Assembly (NCBI GenBank): GCA_037439845.1
Contig: JBBIVF010000003.1
Coordinates: 3,850-39,305, forward strand
Length of the DNA: 35,456 bases
Reading direction: 5' to 3'
Origin: Candidatus Woesearchaeota archaeon
GTDB taxonomy: Archaea; Nanobdellota; Nanobdellia; Woesearchaeales; JBBIVF01
The stretch's first letter is position 1. Every line of letters begins with the position of its first letter. The notes below the pieces were generated by a model. That model did not search any database and had not been told where the DNA came from. It worked only from the letters and a program-made list of their open reading frames with translations. Made by a program: the position numbers and the translations under genes. Shown here piece by piece: positions 7,078 to 16,626 of the stretch.

Positions 7078-9699
7078 TTAGAATCTTCTTTTATAATCTA
7101 TTCCATTATTTTTCAACACTTCATCTATAATTTTTATTTTTTTATCTTCGATATGTTTGACATTCTCAATTACCCATTTGAGATAATTAAGATCTACTTT
7201 TTTTATCGGAATATTTGCATATTTTCCAAAACCAAGTGTCAAGTTATTATTTTCATACTCTTTCCTGATCTTCTTAATCTTCTCTTCTTCAAGACAAACC
7301 TCCTCTGCTTCCTTAATGACTTTTTCAAGATTATCAACCTGTTCTTTTTTAACGATTATAACTTCTGAGGTTTTAATGCGCGACACTACACTTTCAACAT
7401 CAGGCGCATTATTGATTTTCAGATATAATTCAAGATTATAGTTATTTGCAAGTGCCTTCAGTTTCTTGCCTATTTCCATTTCTGTTATGTCAATATAATT
7501 TTCATTCACTTTATTTGCAAATTCAAGTAATTCTTTCTTATCATATATCTCAAACTTATCTTTGATGATTCTTTTAATGTTTTTATAGAAATAAGCTATG
7601 TGGAATTCATTGTTCTTTGTATTGTCTATTTCATATATACTCTTATTGAAGAACTCTCCTGCTTTTTTTTCCTCTTCACTCAATTCCTTTGAGATTTCAA
7701 GAGCTTGTTCCGCAAATTTTTTATAACGCTCTATCATTGACTCAGAAAAATATTTTTTGTCAGTTCTTATTTGAGGTATCTTAACAACATATCTTGACAC
7801 TTCTTTGATTGTATTAAATATTTGTTCATCTATTTGCTTGAAATTCTTTACTTTTTTATAATGAGTTACAAACCTCTCAGCATATTTCTTATCAATGAGC
7901 CCTAACTGCAAGTAAGGATCTTTTTTCAGGTCATCTGAAAATTTTTGAAGATTGTCGTCCATAATTAGCGAATTTTGTATTTTATCAATAATAGTATCAA
8001 TATTTTCTTCATAAATATCCTTGTTTTCGGCAAGCAGATGTTTATTTATTATTTCTACAAAAATCTCCTTAGGAATTAGGTCTGAGTTCTTCACTGCATT
8101 TGCTTTTTCTTTTCTTTCCAATGCTAAAAGGTTGTACAATATTTTCTCAAATTCAATGATGCTAAATCCAGAAACAATATCTTTTATACTCTTTTTGTTT
8201 GCCATCTTCAAAGCAGTATTTATTCTCTTTAACAAGGAATAGTCTTTTTTTCCTAATATTATCGCATCATTCTTCTCAAAATCGTCATCTTTTTCTCCTT
8301 TTTTGTAAAGTTTTCCTTTGATTTCTTTATCTTTCTTATATACATTTAACCATTTCTCTATTATCTTGTCAAAATCAACATCAAATTTATTTAAAAAATT
8401 CTCATTAATTATATCCCTGGTTCTTGCTCTCTCTTTTAACGCGCCATAAACCTTTAATGAGTCTAACCTTGTTATCATATGAGTTTTGTCTATTATATCA
8501 GATATATTATCATAATCAACATGGCCCGCAAGTTCATTCAATTCCTTGATTCTTTCAATGCTCATCATCTTTATCTTATTAAGAATTTCAATTTCTTTTT
8601 TTCTTGTTTCAATAAATTCTTTGTTCATTTTCTTCATATCTTCTATATCTAAATTATCTAAGAATTTCTTAGTATTGTCTTCAAGTTTTTTCAAATATTT
8701 CTTCTTATCTAATCCTGCATCTACAATGTTATTAATATGGTGAAGCAATCTTATATCATCTTCAAAACTTCCTAGCAACGCTTTCTTGGGCTCATAAGTA
8801 TTTCTGGCCCAGATATTCTTTAATGTGATTAGAACTCCTTTATCAATTTCTTTGTAACTATATTTGAATTCAGTCAGTAGAGCTTCTTGTTCTCTATTAA
8901 GCTTATGTCTTAACATTAAATCTTCAAGACTTGTCAATACTGCTCCTGATACGCTCTTCTCTGCTTGCAGCAACGATTTATCAACACTCCAGGCATTAAG
9001 CAGCAAATCAATATTTTCGCTTTCTAATTCCTGCAACACTACATTCCTTGCTGCTATCTGCTGATCTAATATTCTCAAAATTGATTTTTTGTTATCTATC
9101 TCTTTCTTTAGTATTATTTCTTTACTTCCCTTTGATTCAAGTTTATTAAGCCTATCTTCTTCTATTTTTCTCTTTGTAATGAGAGTATTTATCTCCTCTC
9201 TCAATTTCTCTTTATATTCTTCCAAATCTTTGACATCAAATTGTTCTGCTGAAAATTCCTCAAGCACCTCTTTTTTTTTCTTCTCTATCTCTTTTTTCTG
9301 CTCTTCACTCAATTCTCCTGCTATTTCAATACCTAAGACCGCAAAATCTTCTTTTAGATTTGGAAGACAGGTTCCTCCCAAAATAAAACTATAATCTTCC
9401 CTTCCTTTTTTTGAATAGCTTAGTTTATGAAAATCTACCAAGTGTTTTGTGCCGCAACCATCACACTGCAATCTATCCTCTTTTTCCAATATGCGACCAG
9501 AACCCTCATATCTAAGATGTTCTAAGAATTTTTCTATGTCTCCTTCAGAAAGAAGATAAATATTATCCCAAAGCGCTATTCTTTTTGTATTTCCTTCAAG
9601 CTCATATTTTATAAGAAGTTTCCTGAGTTTATTTTTTATCTCTTTGTCTTTGAATGAACTCACTATTCTTTCTATTTTTTCTGTTTTATCAGGATTCAT
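7078..9699 (-). CDS. 873-aa hypothetical protein: N-terminal putative Zn site, helical/coiled-coil body, C-terminal DUF3820-like motif
   Basis: GAGGTG RBS before ATG 9699 (start moved from 9861); CDGC..H...LGGTC near the N-terminus; LGFGKYANIPIKKVDLNYLKWV near the C-terminus. Confidence 0.8.
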   Translation of the reverse strand: MNPDKTEKIERIVSSFKDKEIKNKLRKLLIKYELEGNTKRIALWDNIYLLSEGDIEKFLEHLRYEGSGRILEKEDRLQCDGCGTKHLVDFHKLSYSKKGREDYSFILGGTCLPNLKEDFAVLGIEIAGELSEEQKKEIEKKKKEVLEEFSAEQFDVKDLEEYKEKLREEINTLITKRKIEEDRLNKLESKGSKEIILKKEIDNKKSILRILDQQIAARNVVLQELESENIDLLLNAWSVDKSLLQAEKSVSGAVLTSLEDLMLRHKLNREQEALLTEFKYSYKEIDKGVLITLKNIWARNTYEPKKALLGSFEDDIRLLHHINNIVDAGLDKKKYLKKLEDNTKKFLDNLDIEDMKKMNKEFIETRKKEIEILNKIKMMSIERIKELNELAGHVDYDNISDIIDKTHMITRLDSLKVYGALKERARTRDIINENFLNKFDVDFDKIIEKWLNVYKKDKEIKGKLYKKGEKDDDFEKNDAIILGKKDYSLLKRINTALKMANKKSIKDIVSGFSIIEFEKILYNLLALERKEKANAVKNSDLIPKEIFVEIINKHLLAENKDIYEENIDTIIDKIQNSLIMDDNLQKFSDDLKKDPYLQLGLIDKKYAERFVTHYKKVKNFKQIDEQIFNTIKEVSRYVVKIPQIRTDKKYFSESMIERYKKFAEQALEISKELSEEEKKAGEFFNKSIYEIDNTKNNEFHIAYFYKNIKRIIKDKFEIYDKKELLEFANKVNENYIDITEMEIGKKLKALANNYNLELYLKINNAPDVESVVSRIKTSEVIIVKKEQVDNLEKVIKEAEEVCLEEEKIKKIRKEYENNNLTLGFGKYANIPIKKVDLNYLKWVIENVKHIEDKKIKIIDEVLKNNGIDYKRRF

Positions 9700-9892
9700 A
9701 AGCACCTCACATAAAACTTTTTTATGTTTTTGGTATTTTTTTAAATTTTTAATGTGTTTTGTCCTTATTGCTACAACTTTCTTCTTTGCAATATTGTAAT
9801 TTATTTTTTTAATGCTAACTTTTTGCCTAAAAAACATATAATCAAAAAAAAACATAATCAAGAAACATCAAGAAATATTTATTATAAAAATT

Positions 9893-9920
9893 ATTGTGGG
9901 TGTTAATATACCCTCACAAT
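9893..9920. terminator. Imperfect hairpin at the dtdA stop
   Basis: ATTGTG-GGTGT-TAAT-ATACC-CT-CACAAT; function assumed. Confidence 0.3.
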
Positions 9921-10759
9921 CAAAAATCAGCTGTTCTTTTTACTTCAATATTTAATTGAAGGCCTAACTTAGCAACAAACTGCTTTATTCTTTCTTTCTC
10001 AGCACCCATACCTTTCCAATCAAGAATTATATACTTTACTTTACCATAAGTTTTCTCAATTGCCTGTTTAAACATATTTTCATCAAAATTTTCAAGTGCA
10101 TACTTTGGGCATATATGCGAAGGTGACAAATTACTTTTCTCAATCACCTTCAAAAAATTATCTGAAGTGTGCAATCCTCCTATTCCAATAAAACATTCAT
10201 CTTGTTTTGAAAAATCAATCTTTACTAATTCCATTATCACATCCGCAATAATTTCTGCTGGTTCTTTTTTAATCCACTCTTGCTCTGTTGAACCTATTTC
10301 AATAAACATGCAGGGTTTTTTTAAGTAGGGGCCATGATGAGTGACCTCAACAACAACATCAAACCCAAGATTTTTTTCTAAAGCATATTTCTTTAATCTA
10401 AGATAACCTTCTCTTAATAGCCATGCAGGAGCAAAACACAATTGTCTATCTTTTCCACCATATTCTGCTTTGCCCCAATTTCCTGGTGTATGAACGCACA
10501 AAGAAGGAATTTTCGCAGCTGATTTATGTTTTGTAGCGAAAATAAAAAGCTCTGCATTTATCCGCGTATCTAAATTCTCACTATATATTGTTTCGTTTTC
10601 AATAACGTATAAGCCCACATCTTTATTCTCTTTACTAATCAATACCTTTTCTTTTTCAAAAACCTGATCACTCTCAAAGAAACCATGTCTTTCTATCAAT
10701 CTTTGTTTGATATTCATTCCTCCTTTATCTTTTTTTGATACTATTATTGCTATCTTCAT
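9920..10759 (-). CDS. dtdA: D-aminoacyl-tRNA deacylase, archaeal DTD2/GEK1 type
   Basis: FATKHKS, HTPGNW, EVTHHGP, FIEIGS, GIGGLH motifs. Confidence 0.93.
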   Translation of the reverse strand: MKIAIIVSKKDKGGMNIKQRLIERHGFFESDQVFEKEKVLISKENKDVGLYVIENETIYSENLDTRINAELFIFATKHKSAAKIPSLCVHTPGNWGKAEYGGKDRQLCFAPAWLLREGYLRLKKYALEKNLGFDVVVEVTHHGPYLKKPCMFIEIGSTEQEWIKKEPAEIIADVIMELVKIDFSKQDECFIGIGGLHTSDNFLKVIEKSNLSPSHICPKYALENFDENMFKQAIEKTYGKVKYIILDWKGMGAEKERIKQFVAKLGLQLNIEVKRTADF

Positions 10760-10821
10760 ATTATTTAAGAAAATAGAACACGAATTTATAAAATTGTCTG
10801 TTTAGAAATCTGTTTAAAGCA

Positions 10822-11472
10822 CTATCTGATTAATCTTTGCATTTTTTCATATACTTTTCTCCAATATTCTTCGCTTGCCTTTACTCCCTTTTCTTCATAA
10901 TATGACTCCCTTTCAACATAACTTTCTAGTCCTTTCTCCTCTATAATCGAGCTAATTCTTCGCATTTCTTCACAATGACTGTCTCCAGCTGTTACTATCA
11001 TGTATTTTTTTCCCTTTTCCTTAAGTTCTTCTGCTAACTTATATCCTAAAGGAAATGGTCCTCCACTCCATGAGAGTATAAAATCTGCTAGTGTCAAATA
11101 CTGAGTTCCGAATTCTATATATACTTTTCTTAGATAATCTTCCCCCTCTTTATCAACTTCTTTTGTTGAATATGGGAAAAAGAAATCAATCAACACAAAA
11201 TCAAAAGGCTTGCCTTCTTTCTCTCTTTTTTCTATTTTTTCTTTTGCTTCAGAATAAGTACTCGCAGTTTCTATTTTGTACTTTTTTTCTTTTCCGAGTA
11301 CTTTCAAAGCTGCTTCTTTATACTCTTCAGTATCTTCTACAAGCAAGATATCAAGGGTTTCATATTTAATTGGTTCTGAAGCTAACTCTCGAACACATTT
11401 CGCTAATGGAGCTGCAATTCTTTCTCTTGATTCATACTTTTTTTCTTTTAATAGCTCTAATTTTTTTTCCAT
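10822..11472 (-). CDS. Stand-alone receiver (CheY-like) domain protein
   Basis: ILLVED acidic pair, FDFVLID phosphoacceptor, GYKLA, IVT, and a later Lys; about 30-aa insert after the Asp. Confidence 0.72.
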   Translation of the reverse strand: MEKKLELLKEKKYESRERIAAPLAKCVRELASEPIKYETLDILLVEDTEEYKEAALKVLGKEKKYKIETASTYSEAKEKIEKREKEGKPFDFVLIDFFFPYSTKEVDKEGEDYLRKVYIEFGTQYLTLADFILSWSGGPFPLGYKLAEELKEKGKKYMIVTAGDSHCEEMRRISSIIEEKGLESYVERESYYEEKGVKASEEYWRKVYEKMQRLIR

Positions 11473-11662
11473 TTTAATAACCTGTTCTTTTTTATTTGCT
11501 TACCTTTATTTAGCCAAACCTTATTTTATATCCAGTTAAACATAGATAAAAACCTTCTTATCATTTTTATGGCTTTTTCGGTAAAATGATCTATTTATTT
11601 ACAATTTTTGCAATTTAAATTTAAAAAATAAGTATTTTTTAAAGTATTAATATATATATTTT

Positions 11663-11710
11663 AAATAATATAAAAAGTAATACAAAAAATAATATAAAAA
11701 ATAATAGAAA
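11663..11710 (+). repeat. 4 x 12-bp tandem repeat (AARTAATAnAAA)
   Basis: AAATAATATAAA, AAGTAATACAAA, AAATAATATAAA, AAATAATAGAAA. Confidence 0.7.
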
Positions 11711-11744
11711 TATTTATAAATAAGTAAGTTTAAAAATAAGTATA

Positions 11745-11930
11745 ATGACAACTGTTTTTCGCAGAAAACTCTACAAAAGAGGTTCAAGTTTCGAGACAAC
11801 AATACCAATGCCGCTTCTTTTTGCTTTAGACAAATCAAAGAAACACGATGTTTTATTCACTTTTGACCCTTCTACAAATAGATGGGTAATTTCTTTTGAA
11901 GAACGCGGGAAAAGAGGTGTAAAAAAATAG
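11745..11930 (+). CDS. AbrB/MazE/SpoVT-like swapped-hairpin DNA-binding protein
   Basis: RKLYKRGSSFETTIP fits the RKl.k.G.S..vtIP N-terminal pattern; 61 aa. Confidence 0.72.
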   Translation: MTTVFRRKLYKRGSSFETTIPMPLLFALDKSKKHDVLFTFDPSTNRWVISFEERGKRGVKK

Positions 11931-11957
11931 CGATTTTTGGCGAAAAACAAATTTTTT

Positions 11958-11990
11958 AGGTGAGGGAGTTCGAAAGAACTCTCTCCTTTT
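11958..11990 (+). terminator. GNRA-capped hairpin followed by a T tract (terminator/attenuator or processing stem)
   Basis: AGG-T-GAGGGAGTTC-GAAA-GAACTCTCTC-CTT then TT; about 13 bp with G-U pairs that work on the + strand. Confidence 0.6.
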
Positions 11991-12011
11991 ATGCTTAGAT
12001 ATGGTGATAAA

Positions 12012-12146
12012 ATGAAGACAATGAACAACTACCTTAACATTGAGCAAGTAGACAAAATGCATAGATACACAAAGCGCAGAATGCTAATCAAACTTGAAAA
12101 TCATATTATGGCAAATCACCATGAGGATCTCAAAACTGCTATGTAG
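12012..12146 (+). CDS. Small ORF, 44 aa, Met/His-rich (not in ORF track)
   Basis: GGTGA RBS at 12003-12007; MKTMNNYLNIEQVDKMHRYTKRRMLIKLENHIMANHHEDLKTAM. Confidence 0.6.
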   Translation: MKTMNNYLNIEQVDKMHRYTKRRMLIKLENHIMANHHEDLKTAM

Positions 12147-12154
12147 GTGAAAAA

Positions 12155-12307
12155 ATGAAAAGAGAATTAAACGAAAAAAAGGTAGAAGAGGCAATTAAAA
12201 ATTTTCCCAAACTCAACCTTGAAACAGACAACATCAGAGACCTGACATTGGGAATATTCTTGCACAGGTATCAGCCAGAAAATCAGCAAAAAAAGAAAGC
12301 AAGATAA
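12155..12307 (+). CDS. Small ORF, 50 aa (not in ORF track)
   Basis: GGTGA RBS at 12146-12150 overlapping the previous stop; MKRELNEKKVEEAIKNFPKLNLETDNIRDLTLGIFLHRYQPENQQKKKAR. Confidence 0.62.
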   Translation: MKRELNEKKVEEAIKNFPKLNLETDNIRDLTLGIFLHRYQPENQQKKKAR

Positions 12308-12326
12308 GGTTCTTTTAGACAGCAAT

Positions 12327-15038
12327 ATGAATGGAAAATTGTTTTATCAGATGCAGGTAGATGAACTTTTCCATACTTTAGGTTCTGATAAGAATGGTTT
12401 ATCTCTCGAAGAAGTAAACAAAAGACAACAAAAATTCGGTAAGAACGAAATTCAAAAAGAAAAAAAGCAACCCTTGATATTTCTTTTCTTTAAGCAATTC
12501 AAAGATTTTTTGACATATCTTCTATTGGCAGCCACACTCATTAGCTTGATCCTCGGAGAATATATAGAGGCAGGAGCTATGATAGGCATAGCCTTGCTTT
12601 CTGCTACTCTTGGCTTCATACAGGATTACAAAGCAAATCAAGCCATCTCTGCTTTGCAGAAGATGTCAGCACCTACTGCGAGAGTGGTAAGAGGTGGAAA
12701 AGAATTTAGGATTGCTGCCAAAGACCTTGTACCTGGCGATATAGTTATTCTGGAAGCAGGAGATATTGTGCCTGCAGATTGCCGAATAATAGAATCTTAT
12801 GACCTTGAAATAGACGAAGCATCCCTTACAGGAGAATCTATTCCTTCAAAAAAAGAAAGCAGAGAGATATCAAAGATAGTTCCTGTACCAGACCAGCACA
12901 ATATGGCATTTATGTCCTGCCCAGTAACTCATGGTAAAGCCAAATGCATTGTAGTTTCAATAGGAATGCAAACAGAGATAGGAAAGATTGCTGAATCAAT
13001 ACAATCTGCTGAAGAAACACCTGTGCCTCTGCAGGTGAAATTCAAGAAAATGGCCAAACAGATAGGATATGCAGTAATGATACTAGTAGGATTAGTGTTC
13101 ATATTAACAATTCTCAGATCACAAGCAGAAAATATCACTGCCGAGATTCCTGAGTTGCTTGTGTTTGCTCTCAGTTTGGCAGTGGCAGCCATTCCCAACA
13201 GTCTTCCTGCAATAGTGACCATAAGCCTTGCTCTAGGAGCAAAAGTATTGGCCAAGAAAAAAATGATAATAAAAAGATTGCACTCTACTGAAAGTCTTGG
13301 CTCTGCGACTATAATCTGCACAGATAAAACAGGCACTTTAACAAAAAATCAGATGACAGTAAAGAGAATATTTTTTGAGGGTAAGACAATAGATGTTTCT
13401 GGTAATGGCTACGATCCTGTGGGCGAATTCACGCTTGAAGGAAAAAAATACGACCCAAAAAATGCAGAACTCCTTTTTAGAATAGGATATCTCTGCAATA
13501 ACGCAAAATTAGTACAAGAAGAAGGCAAGTTTTCAATTGTTGGCGACCCAACAGAGGGCTCATTGATTGTTCTCGGGCAAAAAGCAAAGTTACAATCCAA
13601 TTTTGAGACGCATTTTAAATTCGTTAAGGAACTGCCGTTTGATTCTGAAAGAAAAATGATGAGTGTTGTTTTTGAGAATCTCAAACATAATAAAAGAGAA
13701 GCTTATGTCAAAGGTGCTCCGGATATATTGCTTGAAAGATGCAATAGGATGTATGAAAACGGCAAAATTAGAAAAATAACTCCTAAAGATATTACTCAAA
13801 TCCAATTGATTAATCAACAGTACGCCTCTGACGCACAACGTGTTCTTGCATTGGCATACAAAGAAGTCAAAGTCCAAAAAGATTACAAAATTACAGAGAT
13901 AGAAAAAAATCTTGTTTTTGTAGGTCTTGTCGGAATGATAGACCCTCCAAGAGAAGAAGTAAAAGAAGCAGTCAAGAAATGCAAGAATGCAGGCATACAG
14001 GTAATGATGATCACTGGTGATCATTCAATAACTGCAATGGCTGTTGCAAAGGAAATAGGTCTTTATGAAGATAACGACCTTGTGATATCAGGTTCAGACC
14101 TTGACAAGATGAGCGAATCAGAATTGGAAAGAAATATTGATAGAATAAGAATACTTGCAAGAGCATTACCAATTCAAAAACTAAGGATAGTAAATGCTCT
14201 TCAGAAAAAGAATCATATTGTGGCGATGACAGGAGATGGAGTAAATGATGCTCCTGCCTTGAAGCAAGCAGATATAGGAATAGCAATGGGCATCACAGGA
14301 ACTGAAGTTGCAAAAGAAGTTTCTAATGCAATTTTAGTTGATGATAATTTCGCGACTATTGTAAATGCAGTATCAGAAGGAAGAAATATTTATGACAAGA
14401 TAATAAAATCAACAAGATACTTGCTCTCATGCAACGCAGGAGAGATAATTATAGTATTGATTTCTATTCTTTTCAGTCTGCCCTTGCCAATGCTACCTCT
14501 TCAATTGCTTTTAATGAATCTTGTCACAGACGGGCTTCCAGCTCTTGCATTAGGAACAGAACCCGGAGACAAGAACATAATGAGCAAACCTCCACGAGAC
14601 CCGAAGTCAAATCCTATAGAAAAGCGTATGTTTTTTTTGATAGTCTTATTCGGATTAATAATGGGAGCATTGACATTCGTAATATTCAAGCACAAACTCA
14701 TTTCAACTGGAAATTTAGATTATGCAAGGACTATGACATTCACTGCACTTGTTATGCTTGAGATGTTTGCTGTTTTTGCAAGCAGGACCTTTACTCCTTT
14801 TGGCAGATTGAATCCATTTTCTAATAAATGGTTGCTCTTTGGTGTGTGTTCTTCTATTCTTATTCAACTGGTCATTGTTTATTGGGCTCCGATGCAAGTA
14901 ATATTTGATACTGTTGCTCTAAGCTTATTTGACTGGATAATATTATTGGCTCTTGGCATGATAGGTTATCTCATAATGGAATTCAGTAAATTCTTCTTGA
15001 AGTCTTCTCATTTTAATTCACACAACCTGCGCCACTAA
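12327..15038 (+). CDS. Cation-transporting P-type ATPase, type IIA (Ca2+-like)
   Basis: LTGES, AAIPNSLP, DKTGT, KGAP, MITGD, TGDGVNDAPALK, NLVTDGLPA. Confidence 0.95.
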   Translation: MNGKLFYQMQVDELFHTLGSDKNGLSLEEVNKRQQKFGKNEIQKEKKQPLIFLFFKQFKDFLTYLLLAATLISLILGEYIEAGAMIGIALLSATLGFIQDYKANQAISALQKMSAPTARVVRGGKEFRIAAKDLVPGDIVILEAGDIVPADCRIIESYDLEIDEASLTGESIPSKKESREISKIVPVPDQHNMAFMSCPVTHGKAKCIVVSIGMQTEIGKIAESIQSAEETPVPLQVKFKKMAKQIGYAVMILVGLVFILTILRSQAENITAEIPELLVFALSLAVAAIPNSLPAIVTISLALGAKVLAKKKMIIKRLHSTESLGSATIICTDKTGTLTKNQMTVKRIFFEGKTIDVSGNGYDPVGEFTLEGKKYDPKNAELLFRIGYLCNNAKLVQEEGKFSIVGDPTEGSLIVLGQKAKLQSNFETHFKFVKELPFDSERKMMSVVFENLKHNKREAYVKGAPDILLERCNRMYENGKIRKITPKDITQIQLINQQYASDAQRVLALAYKEVKVQKDYKITEIEKNLVFVGLVGMIDPPREEVKEAVKKCKNAGIQVMMITGDHSITAMAVAKEIGLYEDNDLVISGSDLDKMSESELERNIDRIRILARALPIQKLRIVNALQKKNHIVAMTGDGVNDAPALKQADIGIAMGITGTEVAKEVSNAILVDDNFATIVNAVSEGRNIYDKIIKSTRYLLSCNAGEIIIVLISILFSLPLPMLPLQLLLMNLVTDGLPALALGTEPGDKNIMSKPPRDPKSNPIEKRMFFLIVLFGLIMGALTFVIFKHKLISTGNLDYARTMTFTALVMLEMFAVFASRTFTPFGRLNPFSNKWLLFGVCSSILIQLVIVYWAPMQVIFDTVALSLFDWIILLALGMIGYLIMEFSKFFLKSSHFNSHNLRH

Positions 15039-16139
15039 TGCCGGCACAGTCCTATATCCTGCTTCGATTATATCCCTGAAGAAATGTTCTGTGCCTGTTT
15101 TTCGTATGGAATCAATGGCATGTTTATACCATAGGTAAGTGGTTGGTGTTATCTTCAATAATGCTTCCTTGAAATCAGAATTTGTTATATTTCTTTTCTT
15201 GTTTGTCTTTATGCATTCTCTTAATACATTCTCTGTTGCCTTGTTCACCAGTGCTTTCAGGTCAGCTCCAGAATAATGCTCTGTTATCAACGCTAAATTC
15301 TCAATACTGACGCTTTTGTCTAATGGTTTTTTCTCCAGCATAAGTTTCAGTATCTCTTTTCTTGTGTTTAAATCTGGTTGAGGAATAAAAATGCTTGTTC
15401 CAAAACGACCTTCTCTTCGCAACGCAACATCAATGCTCCAAGGTTCATTTGTCGCTGCCAATAAAAGTATCTGCTTGTCCTTGTTTCCCACTCCATCCAT
15501 TTCTGTCAATAATTGTGAAACCAAGTTTCTTGTGTGCTCGTCTGTTCTTGTTCTCTCTCCTCCTAATGCCTCAAATTCATCAAAGAAGATTATACAGGGC
15601 TGGTTTGGTCTTGCTGCCTCAAATAATGACGCGATGTTTTTTTCTGACTCTCCTAGCCATTTAGACTTTAGGTCAGATGCTTTGACATGGAAAAAAGTAA
15701 CACCTGCTTCTCCTGCTGTGGCTTCTGCAATAAATGATTTACCGCAACCAGGAGGTCCATACATCAATATACCTCCTCCTGTTTTCTGGTCAAAGTATTC
15801 ATATAATTCAGGATGCAATAATGGTTCTATGATTTTCATCCTGATTTCTTCTTTAAGGCTTTGCATCCCTGCTATGTTCTTGAAATTTATTTTTGGTTTT
15901 TGAATTTTCATTGATTCTATCATTTTTGGTTCCTCTCCTGTTTCATTAAGGTTCTTTGCTTTTTCATAACATGACTCTGCTTTTTCAATGAATACAGCCT
16001 CGTTTCCATATGATATTTTAGATATTTCAATATATCTTTCTGCAGCTTCTAGGTAATAGTATCTTGCCTTGCTAGGATTGATTTTGGACAATTCGTCTGC
16101 TTTTTTTTCAAATATTTCTGCCTCTTCTCTTATGTTCAT
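15018..16139 (-). CDS. Single-module AAA+ ATPase with N-terminal MIT-like helical domain (Vps4/Cdc48-related)
   Basis: GPPGCGKS, pore loop SKWLGESEK, FFDEFE, ATNEPW, ALRREGRF, YSGADL; GGTGA RBS before ATG 16139. Confidence 0.9.
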   Translation of the reverse strand: MNIREEAEIFEKKADELSKINPSKARYYYLEAAERYIEISKISYGNEAVFIEKAESCYEKAKNLNETGEEPKMIESMKIQKPKINFKNIAGMQSLKEEIRMKIIEPLLHPELYEYFDQKTGGGILMYGPPGCGKSFIAEATAGEAGVTFFHVKASDLKSKWLGESEKNIASLFEAARPNQPCIIFFDEFEALGGERTRTDEHTRNLVSQLLTEMDGVGNKDKQILLLAATNEPWSIDVALRREGRFGTSIFIPQPDLNTRKEILKLMLEKKPLDKSVSIENLALITEHYSGADLKALVNKATENVLRECIKTNKKRNITNSDFKEALLKITPTTYLWYKHAIDSIRKTGTEHFFRDIIEAGYRTVPALVAQVV

Positions 16140-16141
16140 CT

Positions 16142-16552
16142 TCAATTCACCTGCAATGCTATTTTTTGAAGTTGTTTTTGTTTTTCATTAAGTATCATCT
16201 TTATGATTTCATCTCTTTTCTTCTCCATAATCTTTTTCTTTTCTTGTGATTGTTTTGAATAGTCAATCTCTAAGCTTGTATAATTGTTTCTGATTTGGGT
16301 GCTGTTATAATTCTCAATACTCGCTCTATCTCTATCCAGGTCAATAACATACTCTTTATTTCTCATATATATTTTTTCAATAGGCATTTGAAAATTCGAT
16401 TTTACATATGTTGAAAAGCCTGAAAGCATTGGCGTGTATTTCATTGTGTATATCTTCATTGATTGTGGTTGAAAATTTGTCTTATAGCTTATCCTATAAT
16501 TGAAACTGCAGTCTCCTGAACAACTCTTGTTGCCTCTGCCATCACAGCACAT
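16142..16552 (-). CDS. Hypothetical protein with Cys-rich N-terminus and C-terminal helix
   Basis: GGTGAG RBS; MCCDGRGNKSCSGDC; stop lies 2 nt before the ATPase ATG. Confidence 0.7.
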   Translation of the reverse strand: MCCDGRGNKSCSGDCSFNYRISYKTNFQPQSMKIYTMKYTPMLSGFSTYVKSNFQMPIEKIYMRNKEYVIDLDRDRASIENYNSTQIRNNYTSLEIDYSKQSQEKKKIMEKKRDEIIKMILNEKQKQLQKIALQVN

Positions 16553-16626
16553 TGTCTCACCAAAATCATACCATTTAAGTAGAAGTTTTATATGTTAAAA
16601 AATATTTATAGCAGAAAAAAGCTCAA

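Noticed and set aside
9700-9861. N-terminal 54 aa of the 927-aa ORF
   Set aside because: AT-rich intergenic-like sequence; strong GAGGTG RBS at ATG 9699.
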